64,000 bases of DNA from an uncultured Actinomycetes bacterium. Lineage in GTDB: Bacteria > Actinomycetota > Thermoleophilia > UBA2241. Made by a program: the position numbers and the translations under genes. The stretch lies in contig CAVWIH010000021.1 in NCBI GenBank assembly GCA_963755025.1, positions 1 to 64,000 of the forward strand, given 5' to 3'. Shown piece after piece: positions 19,538 through 29,343 of the stretch; position 1 is the stretch's first letter; each line of letters starts with the position of its first letter. The notes under the pieces were generated by a model. The model was not told where the DNA came from. It worked only from the letters and a program-made list of their open reading frames with translations, and did not search any database.

Positions 19538-20719
19538 ATGGAGGACTACACGTATCTCGACCACGCCGCCACCACGCCGCTCGACCCGCGCGTGCGCGAC
19601 GCCATGGCGCCGTTCCTCGACGGCGCCTTCGGCAACCCCTCGAGCCTGCACCGCCGCGGCCGCGAGGCGCACGACGCCCTCGAGGCCGCGCGCGCCGAGG
19701 TGGCCGCGCTGCTCGGCGCGCTTCCAGCCGAGATCGTCTTCACGGGCAGCGGCACCGAGGCCGACAACCTGGCGGTCTTCGGCGCCGTAGCCGCCATGGA
19801 GGGGCCCACGCACATCGTGACGAGCGCGTTCGAGCACCCCGCCGTGCTCGAACCGTGCCGGCAGCTCGAACGCCGGGGCGTCGAAGTGACGTACCTGCCG
19901 GTAGACGGCGACGGCATCGTGCGGCCCGAGTCGCTCGCCGCGGCGCTGCGGCCCACGACGCGCCTCGTGTCGGTCATGGCCGCCAACAACGTCGTGGGCA
20001 CCGTACAGCCGCTCGTCGAGCTCGCCGGCCTGGCTCACGAGGCCGGCGCCCTGTTCCACACAGACGCCGTACAGGCGGCCGGCAAGCTGCCGCTCTGCGT
20101 CGATCGCCTGCCCATCGACCTGCTCTCGCTGTCGGCCCACAAGCTGCACGGTCCCAAGGGCGTCGGCGCCCTGTACGTGCGCGCCGGCCTCGAGCTCGAG
20201 CCGGTCGTGTGGGGCGGCGGTCAGGAGCGGGGGCTGCGCTCGGCGACCGAGAACGTCGCCGGCATCGTGGGCTTCGGCCGGGCCGCGTCGCTCGCCGGTG
20301 ACGAGATGGGCGTGGACTCTGCCCGCCTGGTCGGCTACCGCGACCGCGTCTCCGAGTCCGTCACCGCGCAGATCGACAACGCCTACCTCATAGGCCACCC
20401 GTACCGGCGCCTGCCCGGGTTTCTGTGCTTCGGCTTCTCGGGCCAGGAGGCCGACGCCATCCGCCTGCTGTTCGCGCTCGACGACGCCGGCATCGCCGTG
20501 TCGTCGGGCAGCGCCTGCAGCGCCCATAACGCCGGCGAACCGTCGTACGTGCTCACGGCGATGGGCTTCGACACGATCCGCGCCCGCGGTTCGCTGCGCG
20601 TGACCATGGGCCGCTTCACCACCGAGCACGACATCGACCACCTGCTCGAAGCGCTCCCCAAGGCGGCGGAGTCGCTCACCTCGATCGCGTCGCATGCCGG
20701 GTTCGGCGTGCGCTCGTAA
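19538..20719 (+). CDS. iscS: Cysteine desulfurase (IscS/NifS)
   Basis: YLDHAATT, FGNPSS, SAHKLHGPKG, SSGSACS. Confidence 0.95.
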   Translation: MEDYTYLDHAATTPLDPRVRDAMAPFLDGAFGNPSSLHRRGREAHDALEAARAEVAALLGALPAEIVFTGSGTEADNLAVFGAVAAMEGPTHIVTSAFEHPAVLEPCRQLERRGVEVTYLPVDGDGIVRPESLAAALRPTTRLVSVMAANNVVGTVQPLVELAGLAHEAGALFHTDAVQAAGKLPLCVDRLPIDLLSLSAHKLHGPKGVGALYVRAGLELEPVVWGGGQERGLRSATENVAGIVGFGRAASLAGDEMGVDSARLVGYRDRVSESVTAQIDNAYLIGHPYRRLPGFLCFGFSGQEADAIRLLFALDDAGIAVSSGSACSAHNAGEPSYVLTAMGFDTIRARGSLRVTMGRFTTEHDIDHLLEALPKAAESLTSIASHAGFGVRS

Positions 20720-20732
20720 AGGAGCCAGACAC

Positions 20733-21677
20733 GTGACCGATACGACCCTCAGCGAACTGGAGCTGCCCGGCCTCGATTGCGGCCTGTGCGGCTTTCGTAC
20801 CTGTACCGACATGGCGACCGCGCTGCCCGCCAAGCCCGAGCTGCTCAAGCGCTGCATCCCGCTGGCCGCCGACTTCATGAACGTGCAGGCAGCCCCGGCC
20901 GGCTCGCGGCCGGGCGACGGCGCGCCGCCGGCTGCGAGCGCGCGGCCGGCCGCCGCCACCACGCCGGCCGGCGCACGGCCGACCGGCGCGGCCGCACCGT
21001 CTGGCGGGCCGACCCTCGCCGGCGACTGCGCGAGCTGCGACCCGGCGACGGGCTGCGCGCCGGGCGCCGCGCGCGGCTGGGGCAACCAGGCTCCGGTGCT
21101 GAACGCGGCGCAGTTCGGTCCGGCGACGGCCGACACCACAGCCTCGGAGACCGCCGGGCAGACAGTGCCCCGGGACGTGCGTATCAGGGTCGCGTCCTCG
21201 CCGCGCGACGAGTGGCAGGACCACCTGGGCCGCGAGTACGACTTCGTGCTCGACCACTTCCCCGAAGAAGACGGCCCGCGCGAGCAGATCGTGCCCCACA
21301 ACCCGATGATCACCCGCGAGCTCGAGATCGAGCCCGGCGAGATCCTCATAGGCCGGCCGCTGGGCATCTCGTGCGGCTGCCCGATCACCCACTGCGGCAT
21401 CGTGCAGAGTGTCGATACGTTCACCGGCGCCATCGTCTGGTGCGTCACCGGCCCGCTGCACCCCCGCCAGCACGGCTTCAAAGACATCGGCTACTACTCG
21501 GCGCAAGCCTACGAGGGCCTCATCAACAAGGCGCGCATCGACGTCGAGATCGGCCGCCGATACTGGTTCCAGCCGCGCATGTGCATGATGCAGTGGCGCC
21601 ACAGCGGCCTGGTGAACTTCATCAACCACGGTCCTGACGGACTGCAGGTGCGCATCGAAGGCCTGTGGATCGGCTGA
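20733..21677 (+). CDS. Fe-S binding protein (N-terminal LPGLDCGLCGFRTC cluster domain plus conserved C-terminal domain)
   Basis: CxxCxxxxC...C motif; GRPLGISCGCPITHCG; CMMQWRHSG; AAGGAG RBS before GTG. Confidence 0.8.
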   Translation: MTDTTLSELELPGLDCGLCGFRTCTDMATALPAKPELLKRCIPLAADFMNVQAAPAGSRPGDGAPPAASARPAAATTPAGARPTGAAAPSGGPTLAGDCASCDPATGCAPGAARGWGNQAPVLNAAQFGPATADTTASETAGQTVPRDVRIRVASSPRDEWQDHLGREYDFVLDHFPEEDGPREQIVPHNPMITRELEIEPGEILIGRPLGISCGCPITHCGIVQSVDTFTGAIVWCVTGPLHPRQHGFKDIGYYSAQAYEGLINKARIDVEIGRRYWFQPRMCMMQWRHSGLVNFINHGPDGLQVRIEGLWIG

Positions 21678-21829
21678 CCGTTCGCGCCGCCGCCCGCCGC
21701 CCGACCGGGCGCCGCCGCCGCCGCCCGGCGTGAGCGCTCGCGGCGCCCCCCGCCCGGCGTGAGCGCTCGCGGCGCCGCCCGCGGGATCTTCCTGTGACAC
21801 CGTCTTCAGCTTGGGAATACTGTCCGCCA

Positions 21830-21900
21830 ACGCTATATGTGTGTTTGTTGATAGGTTTACTGAGGTTATACTGGGAACTGAAGACCGGACCACCGACATG
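21830..21900 (+). promoter_or_regulatory. AT-rich cysK promoter region
   Basis: TATACT -10 at about 21867; marked AT island in a GC-rich background. Confidence 0.55.
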
Positions 21901-21912
21901 GAGAGGGCCACT

Positions 21913-22874
21913 ATGACTTACGCAGAGAACATCTCCGACCTGATTGGAGGCACGCCGCTCGTCAAGCTGCAGGCGCTCTCCAAGGACTCGGGCGCGACGA
22001 TCCTCGGCAAGCTTGAGTCGTTCAACCCCGGGCGGCAGCGTCAAAGACCGCATCGGGCTCTCGATGATCGAGGCCGCCGAGAAGGCCGGCTTGATCACCC
22101 CCGGCAAGTCGACGCTGATCGAGCCGACCAGCGGCAACACCGGCATCGCCCTGGCCATGGTCGCCGCGGCTCGCGGCTACCGGCTGATCCTGACGATGCC
22201 CGACACGATGACCGTCGAGCGCCGCTCGCTGCTCAAGGCCTACGGCGCCGAGCTCGTGCTCACGCCGGGCGCCAAGGGCATGCCGGGCGCCATCGCCGCC
22301 GCCGGCGAGCTGCTGGCCGAGCACCCAGGCGCCTTCATGCCGCAGCAGTTCGAGAACCCGGCCAACCCCGAGATCCACCGCCAGACCACGGCCGAAGAGG
22401 TCTGGAAGGACACCGACGGCAAGATCGACATCTTCCTCGCCGCCGTGGGCACCGGCGGCACGGTGACCGGCGTGGGCGAGGTCCTCAAGGCAGCGCAAGC
22501 CCGACGTGAAGATCTACGCGGCCGAGCCGGCCGCCTCGCCGGTCCTGTCGGGCGGCCAGCCCGGTCCCCACAAGATCCAGGGCACCGGCGCCGGCTTCGT
22601 GCCGAAGGTGCTGGACACCGGGATCTACGACGAGGTCATCAAGGTCGGCAACGACGAAGCCATCGAGACGGCGCGCCGCCTGGCTCACGACGAGGGCATC
22701 CTCGTCGGCATCTCGGCCGGCGCCAACGCCTGGGCGGCGTGGGACGTGGGACGGCGCCCCGAGAACCGGGGCAAGCTGATCGTCACCGTGCTCTGCGACA
22801 CCGGCGAGCGCTACCTGTCGAGCGTGCTCTTCGCCGAGCCCGAGGTGCAGACCGCAGATGCGGCCAAGATCTAG
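21913..22874 (+). CDS. cysK: Cysteine synthase A (frameshifts near 22030 and 22495)
   Basis: [48 protein letters not shown]. Confidence 0.95.
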
Positions 22875-22899
22875 GGCCGTTACACTGACAAGCACCGGA

Positions 22900-22935
22900 C
22901 CAAAAGCGCGGCGGGGTGACCCGCCGCGCTTTTGG
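22900..22935. terminator. Intrinsic terminator after cysK
   Basis: AAAAGCGCGGCGGG-GTGA-CCCGCCGCGCTTTT perfect hairpin with T tract. Confidence 0.9.
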
Positions 22936-23015
22936 GGAATGATGGCGGCGCGGCACCCGTGAGAGCGGGACTGACAACCGGAACGACATCGAGCGGTGCG
23001 AACGTGGAGAGAGAT

Positions 23016-24116
23016 ATGGAAGCTGGCGGCCCGCCCAAGACGGGGACCGATGCGCTCAGGCCCGGCCTCGACGCCCCCCTAGACCAGGCGGCCATCGTCG
23101 CGTGGTTGCACGAAGACGACCCGCGACGCCTCGAGGAGCTGTGGCGCGCCGCCGACGACACACGCCGGCGCAGCGTGGGCGACGAGGTCCATCTGCGCGG
23201 CCTGATCGAGCTCTCGAACTACTGCGTGCGCGCCTGCGGCTACTGCGGGCTGCGGGCTGCGAACCGCGAGATCGAGCGCTACCGCATGAGCGCCGACGAG
23301 ATCCTCGAATGCGCCGGCAAAGCCAAAGAGTACGGCTACGGCACGGTCGTGCTGCAGTCGGGCGAGGACTACGGCATCCACGCCGACTGGATGGCCGACG
23401 TCGTGACGCGCATCAAGAACGAGGTCGGCCTGGCGGTCACGCTGAGCCTGGGTGAGCGCCCCGACGCCGACCTCGAGCTCTGGCGGGCGGCCGGCGCCGA
23501 CCGCTACCTGCTGCGCTTCGAGACCTCCGACGACGCCCTCTACAAGCTGATCCACCCAGACCTGCCGGGGCGCCCATCCGACCGCTTCGCCATACTGCGT
23601 ACGCTGCGCCGCCTGGGCTACGAGCCCGGCAGCGGCATCATGGTCGGCATCCCCGGTCAGACCTGGCAGAGCGTCGCCGACGACATCAGCGCCTTCCGCG
23701 ACCTCGACCTCGACATGATCGGGGTCGGGCCCTACATCTCGCACCCCGCGACGCCGCTCGGCGACCTCTCGTGGGCGCGCGAGATCGCGCCCGACGAGCA
23801 GATCCCCAGCGACGAGCTCACCGTCTACAAGGTGGTGGCGCTCACGCGCCTGGTCTGCCCCGAGTCGAACATCCCGAGCACGACCGCACTCGCCACGATC
23901 AACAAGATCGACGGGCGCGAGCAGGGCCTGCAGCGCGGCGCCAACATCGTCATGCCCAACCTCACGCCGCCCGAGTACCGCGTGCGCTACGAGATCTACC
24001 CCGACAAGGCCTGTGTGAACGAGACCGCCGAGATGTGCCGCGGCTGCCTGCAGGGCCGTATCGAGGCGATCGGCCGCGAGGTCGGCAGCGGCCCCGGCGG
24101 ACGCCGGCGCGCCTGA
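23016..24116 (+). CDS. hydE: [FeFe]-hydrogenase maturase HydE-type radical SAM enzyme
   Basis: RGLIELSNYCVRACGYC, LQSGED, YLLRFET, PSTTAL, MPNLTP..YRVRYEIYPDK, C-terminal CxxC. Confidence 0.85.
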   Translation: MEAGGPPKTGTDALRPGLDAPLDQAAIVAWLHEDDPRRLEELWRAADDTRRRSVGDEVHLRGLIELSNYCVRACGYCGLRAANREIERYRMSADEILECAGKAKEYGYGTVVLQSGEDYGIHADWMADVVTRIKNEVGLAVTLSLGERPDADLELWRAAGADRYLLRFETSDDALYKLIHPDLPGRPSDRFAILRTLRRLGYEPGSGIMVGIPGQTWQSVADDISAFRDLDLDMIGVGPYISHPATPLGDLSWAREIAPDEQIPSDELTVYKVVALTRLVCPESNIPSTTALATINKIDGREQGLQRGANIVMPNLTPPEYRVRYEIYPDKACVNETAEMCRGCLQGRIEAIGREVGSGPGGRRRA

Positions 24117-24170
24117 AGAAGACCGGCAGCGGCCCGGGCCGGCCGGCTGGCACCGGCTTGGCCTGCTGGC

Positions 24171-24836
24171 TCAGAGCAGCGTCGAGCGCCTGAGGACGAG
24201 GCTGAACGAACCCGTCTGGTTGGAGCCCGTCAGCAGCAGGCTGTCGTCGCTTTTGCGGTAGGCAAACGACAGGTGCGCGCCTATCTTGTCGGCCAGCGCC
24301 TCGATGATCGCACCGTGCGGACCGAGGGCGTCGTAGTCGATCACGAGCTTGTCGCCGCTGACCTTGCCCGGCAGCGACTCACGCGGCGCTCCGGCCTGGT
24401 TGGCGAAGACGATCATGAAGGCGCTGTCCTGGCGCGTGATCACTACCTTGTCCGACGAGTTGCCGGCGTAGGTCCACGTGCCCACGAACTTCTGCGGGTC
24501 GACCGCGGGGAACAGGCGCGGCACTGCGACCACCGCGAGCAGCGCGGCCACCACGACGACGACCGCCGCGATGACGATCGCCTTGAGGGCGTTCGAGCGG
24601 GGTGCGGTGACGGGCGCCGGCGAGCGGACCGGGAGCGGCGCGGCGACCCGGGAGCCCTGCGGCCGACTGGCCGGCGGGTCGTACCAGTTCGCCGTGGCCT
24701 CGAACGGCGACGGAGCCGACACGATCGGCTGCACAGGCGGCGGCGGAGGCGGCGCGACTTCGACGGCGGTGCCGCAGGTAGTGCAGTGCGTCGCGCCTTC
24801 GCGCAGTCCGGTGCCACAAACGGCGCAGAGCGCCAC
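24171..24836 (-). CDS. Zinc-ribbon membrane-anchored protein
   Basis: CAVC...CTTCG, Pro-rich linker, one TM helix. Confidence 0.75.
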   Translation of the reverse strand: MALCAVCGTGLREGATHCTTCGTAVEVAPPPPPPVQPIVSAPSPFEATANWYDPPASRPQGSRVAAPLPVRSPAPVTAPRSNALKAIVIAAVVVVVAALLAVVAVPRLFPAVDPQKFVGTWTYAGNSSDKVVITRQDSAFMIVFANQAGAPRESLPGKVSGDKLVIDYDALGPHGAIIEALADKIGAHLSFAYRKSDDSLLLTGSNQTGSFSLVLRRSTLL

Positions 24837-25025
24837 GGTAGACTCCCCAGCTCGCTTACGAATACCGTAGGCAGGTATCGGACGGTGAGCCGCCGACCTG
24901 AACCCGGCCGCGGATGCGGGCACAGCGTGCCGCCGTCCGGCTCTGCGCAAGCACGCGGGCGGCGCGGCGGGGGCATACCCGCCGGCCGTCGGGACCGTCG
25001 CCGCCCAGGACCGGCCCGCCGCCCG

Positions 25026-25874
25026 TCAGGACTGACCGGTCTCCCGCTTGAACTTGTCGAGGAAGTCGGCGAACTCGCGATCGATGTCGACGCCCGCCGG
25101 AGGCGCGGCCGCCGGCGGTGAGGCGGCGCCGGTCGCAGTTGCGGCGGGCGCAGTGGGCGCGGCGGCGGTGGCGCTCGCGTCGTCGCCGGTGTCGTCGTCG
25201 CCGACGTCATCGCTGTCGGCGGCGCCCGGGTCGTCGGCGCCGGAGTCGTCGCCGTCGAGGCCGTCGTACTCGACCTTGTGGCCGTCCCGGATCGCGACCA
25301 GGGTGTTGACCACCCAAGGCCCCGCATCGCGGTCGCGCAAGCTCCTTGTGAGGCGCTCGAGGGCCGGTTCGCCGATGTCGACGAGCATCTCGGAGGCAGC
25401 TCGCTTGAGGCGCTCGCCGGCCCCGCCTTCAAGGACCTCGACGAGCCCCAGCACGAGGTCGCCCTGCTCCATGGCTTCGAGGATGGCGAGGGCGTTCCCG
25501 GCGCGCGGCGGCACGTTGGGGTTGCGGGTCGCCGCCTCGAGCAGCGCGCCCACGGCGCCGGCCACCGAGATGATGTCGCTCAGGTGCAGCTCGGGCGGAG
25601 CGTCGCCGAGCGCTGCGCCGAGCAGCGCCTCGACCACGCCCGGCCCCCGACGGGCGAGCTTGCGCGTGACCTGATCGAGCAGCGGCCGGCTGGTGGGGTC
25701 GGGCGGCAGATCGAGGAGTGCCACGAGCACCGCGTCGTCGGTGTTGTCGTCGATCTCGTCGATGAAGTCGTCGAGCTGCTCGACGGCATACTCGCGCGCG
25801 TCGTCGTCGCCGTGTTCGAGCGCGTCGTCGAACGCGTCGACGAGCTGCCGAGCGACCTCTGCACCTGAGTCCAT
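25026..25874 (-). CDS. Hypothetical acidic HEAT-repeat-like protein
   Basis: Helical repeats with AA..L..IG.PA motif; acidic tail. Confidence 0.6.
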   Translation of the reverse strand: MDSGAEVARQLVDAFDDALEHGDDDAREYAVEQLDDFIDEIDDNTDDAVLVALLDLPPDPTSRPLLDQVTRKLARRGPGVVEALLGAALGDAPPELHLSDIISVAGAVGALLEAATRNPNVPPRAGNALAILEAMEQGDLVLGLVEVLEGGAGERLKRAASEMLVDIGEPALERLTRSLRDRDAGPWVVNTLVAIRDGHKVEYDGLDGDDSGADDPGAADSDDVGDDDTGDDASATAAAPTAPAATATGAASPPAAAPPAGVDIDREFADFLDKFKRETGQS

Positions 25875-25978
25875 GCCCGCATGGTACCGGGCCGGCGAGC
25901 GGCCGTCACGTTCCCGTGCGGGGACCGGTGCTCCGCGGTGTGACCGTCGCGCCGCCGCGCCCGCCCCCTCGAGCGACC

Positions 25979-26743
25979 TCAGATGTCAGATTCGCGTGGC
26001 GCGCCGGCGGTCGGGATGTCCGAGGGCAGCTCGCCGGTCTCGAAGAAGGCACGGTAGACCAGCCCGGCGATCACGCCGCCGACGATCGGGAACACGATGA
26101 AGACCCAGAGCTGACTGAGCGCCCAGCCGCGCTCGAACAGGGCCGGTCCCAGGCTGCGGGCCGGGTTCACCGAGGTGTTGTCGACCGGGATGCTGATCAG
26201 GTGGATCAGCGTCAGCGTGAAGCCGATGGCCAGGGGCGCCAGCGCCTTGGGCGCGCGCGGGTGAGTGGCGCCGTGGATGATGAGCACGAAGAAGAAGGTG
26301 AGCACGACCTCGGTGACGATCACCGCCGCGAGCGAATAGCCGCCGGGCGAGTGCGCGCCGTAGCCGTTGGAGCCGAAGCCGCCGCTCAGGCTGAAGCCGG
26401 GCCTGCCCTTGGCGATCGCGTAGAGCACGGCCGCGGCGGCGATGGCGCCGAGCAGCTGCGCGACGATGTAGGCGATCAGGTCGCTCGCCGGAAAGCGCTT
26501 GCCGGCCCACAGACCGATCGAGATCGCCGGGTTCAAGTGCGCACCCGAGATCGGACCGAACGCATAGGCCATCGTCAGCACGGTAAGCCCGAAGGCGAGG
26601 GCTACCCCGACGAAACCGATGCCGATGTTGCCGAGGCCGGGGCCGCCGCTGAACTTGGCGGCAAGCACGGCGGCTCCGACGCCGCCGAACACAAGCCAGA
26701 AGGTGCCGATGAACTCGGCGGCGGCGCGTTTGCTCAAAGACAT
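25979..26743 (-). CDS. aqpZ: Aquaporin Z
   Basis: Two NPA motifs ([18 protein letters not shown]); [12 protein letters not shown]. Confidence 0.95.
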   Translation of the reverse strand: MSLSKRAAAEFIGTFWLVFGGVGAAVLAAKFSGGPGLGNIGIGFVGVALAFGLTVLTMAYAFGPISGAHLNPAISIGLWAGKRFPASDLIAYIVAQLLGAIAAAAVLYAIAKGRPGFSLSGGFGSNGYGAHSPGGYSLAAVIVTEVVLTFFFVLIIHGATHPRAPKALAPLAIGFTLTLIHLISIPVDNTSVNPARSLGPALFERGWALSQLWVFIVFPIVGGVIAGLVYRAFFETGELPSDIPTAGAPRESDI

Positions 26744-26882
26744 AACTCATCCTTTGTAGAACGTCATACAACGTGGTAGCTATGCCCACTCCCCCCGTCT
26801 GGGAACCTTCGGGGTCCGGCCCGCACGCTCCCGCGAAAGGTGTATGGGCGCGGGGCGCGGGCTATGCTAGGAAGCGGAAGAA

Positions 26883-27936
26883 ATGTTCGACGCGCGAGGC
26901 GCGTCGGGGCGCGAGGCGCAGGCGCCCGGCAACCACGGAGACGACATGCCGCTCGGAGGTTTTTGCGAGGTCTGCGACCGCTGGGTGTGGCTCACGCCTT
27001 ACGGCGCCTGCGAGAACGGCCACCCTCCCACGAAGGTGCGCGACGTGCAGCAGCTCAAGGCGAGCACGTCGGTGGGCGTCGCGCCCTACGAGGGCGACTA
27101 CGCGCCGTTCTCGCCGGGCAAGGCGCGCTTTCGCTTCTGGTGGCGCCACTCGCTGTGGATCGGCTGGACCTTCACGCTCGGCTTCTTCAACTGGCTGGCG
27201 TTCGTCTACATCGGCATCCGCGCCCGGCACCCGGCCTGGACGATCGCCGGCTTCGCCTACCTCATGCCGCTGATCCTCACGCGCGGCGTCGATCGGCACG
27301 CCGCTGTTTCGCGGGCTCGTCGCGCTTTGCAGCTCTTCGTGTCGGCCGCCTCGGTCGCCCACGCGCTCTACCTGCGTCCCTACTACCGCGCCGTGATGTT
27401 CGGCGACGCGCCGCGCAACTCGCTGCCGGCGCCGCCCGCAAGACCCGCGCCTGCTGCCGCCGGCCGAGCGCCCGCCGCTGCCGCGCGGCATCGACGAGGC
27501 GGCGGGCGAGGTCATCCTCGCCGCCCGCCGCCAGGTCGACGCCGTCCGCGCCACGGCCGGCGCGATCGGCAAGCGCGCCGTGCAGGACAAGGTCGTGCGC
27601 CTCTGCCAGACCGCCGACCAGATCCTCGACGAGCTCGTCACCAAGCCCCGCAAGGTCGATGCCGCGCGCAGCTTCCTGACCTACTACCTAGACGCCGCGC
27701 AGCGCATCGTCGACGGCTACGCCCAGCTCTCGGCGCGGCCCTCGACCTCGCCCGACATCGCCCGCGCCCTGGCGCGCGCCGAAGCCTCGCTCGACAGCGT
27801 GCAGACAGCCTTCGACCGGCAGCTCGACGGCGTGCTCGAAGACCGCGTGCTCGACCTCGAAAGCGAGATCGAGCTGCTCGAGAAGACCGTCCACATGGAC
27901 GACTATTACAGCCAGACCGGCGGGCTGGAGACCTAG
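26883..27936 (+). CDS. XpaC-family protein with N-terminal Zn/TM region (frameshifted)
   Basis: ARSFLTYYLDAA..IV..Y, DLESEIELLE; directly upstream of telA. Confidence 0.75.
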
Positions 27937-28096
27937 GAGCGAGACCATCGGGAACGGTCGGCGCCACGGCCGCCGCCCGCGCCGGGCGCGGGTGTAGACT
28001 CGGCCCGAGCGCGGAGCAGGTGCAGCGCATGTTCGGCGATCGCCGCCGCGGGTACTTGAGAGACACCCGAGGCCGCTTCAGCCAGACTGGGAGACG

Positions 28097-29329
28097 TTGA
28101 TGACCGACGAGTTCGAGCGCGACCAGACAGGGCACGACAAGTCCGTCGACACCCAGGCGCCGCTGCCGGCGGTGCCGGCAGTCCCCGCGCCGCCCGACGT
28201 GAGCGACACGACGGGCGCTACCGGCGCCGCGGCGCCCGTCGCCGGACCGCTGACCGCGGCCGACAAGGCCCACATCGCCGAGATCGTCGGCGGCGTCGAC
28301 GTGACCGACTCGACCTCGGTCATCTCGTACGGCCTGCCGGCGCAGAGCCGCATCGCCACCTTCGCCGACTCGCTGCTGGGCGACGTGCGCAACAAGGACG
28401 CCGGCGCCGGCGGCGAGGCCCTGAACGAGCTGCTCAAGAAGGTCCGCGAGCTCGACGTCGACGCCCTCCGCCCGTCGGGCAAGACGCGCCTGCCGATCGT
28501 CGGGCGCTTCGGCAACGTCTTCAACCGCTTCGCCGCCAAATACCAGAAGGTGGCCGGCAGCATCGACCGCATCGTCGACGCACTCGAACGCTCGCGCATG
28601 GTGCTGCTTAAAGACATCACCGTGCTCGACAAGATGTTCGAGCTCAACCTCGAGTACCTGAAGCAGCTCGACGTCTACATAGCGGCCGGCGAGCAGGTGC
28701 TCGAGGAGCTCAACACCAAGCGGCTGCCGGAGCTCGAAGTCGAGGCCCGCACCTCGGGCGACCCCATGGCCGCCCAGCGCCTGGCCGACTTTCAGCAGGC
28801 CGTCACCCGCTTCGAGCGGCGCCTCTACGACCTCAAGCTGACGCGCACGATCGCCGTGCAGACGGCGCCCCAGATCCGCCTGATCCAGGGCTCCGACCAC
28901 GACCTGGTCGAGAAGATCCAGAGCTCCATCCTGACCACCGTGCCGCTATGGAAGAACCAGATCGTCATCGCCATCAGCCTCTACCGCCAGCAGAAGGCGC
29001 TCGAGCTCCAGCAGCAAGTGACCAAGACCACCAACGAGCTGCTCGCCAAGAACGCCGAGCTGCTGCGCGAGGGCCAGGCCAAGGTCGGTCGCGAGGTCGA
29101 ACGCGGCGTGGTCGACGTCGAGACGCTGCGCAAGGTCAACTCCGACCTGATCGCCACGCTCGAAGAGACGATCCGCATTCAGGACGAGGGCCGCCAGAAG
29201 CGCCTGCAGGCCGAGGGCGAGATCGTCCAGCTGCAGGGCGAGCTGCGCCACAAGCTGATCGAGCTGCGCAGCCAGGTGCCGCAGATCTCCCCGCCCGACG
29301 AGCCGCTCCTGCCCCGCGGCAACGACTAG
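28097..29329 (+). CDS. Toxic anion resistance protein TelA/YaaN
   Basis: QTAPQIRLIQ, EKIQSSI.TTVPLWKNQ, TNELL.KNAE. Confidence 0.93.
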   Translation: MMTDEFERDQTGHDKSVDTQAPLPAVPAVPAPPDVSDTTGATGAAAPVAGPLTAADKAHIAEIVGGVDVTDSTSVISYGLPAQSRIATFADSLLGDVRNKDAGAGGEALNELLKKVRELDVDALRPSGKTRLPIVGRFGNVFNRFAAKYQKVAGSIDRIVDALERSRMVLLKDITVLDKMFELNLEYLKQLDVYIAAGEQVLEELNTKRLPELEVEARTSGDPMAAQRLADFQQAVTRFERRLYDLKLTRTIAVQTAPQIRLIQGSDHDLVEKIQSSILTTVPLWKNQIVIAISLYRQQKALELQQQVTKTTNELLAKNAELLREGQAKVGREVERGVVDVETLRKVNSDLIATLEETIRIQDEGRQKRLQAEGEIVQLQGELRHKLIELRSQVPQISPPDEPLLPRGND

Positions 29330-29343
29330 GCCCGAGAGACCGC

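Noticed and set aside
23016-24116. Radical SAM gene as PylB (pyrrolysine biosynthesis)
   Set aside because: Motifs RGLIE, LQSGE, LLRFET, PSTTAL and MPNLTP..Y..Y.IYP.K are HydE-type; PylB-type LTMGED, LYQET and PASLD are absent.
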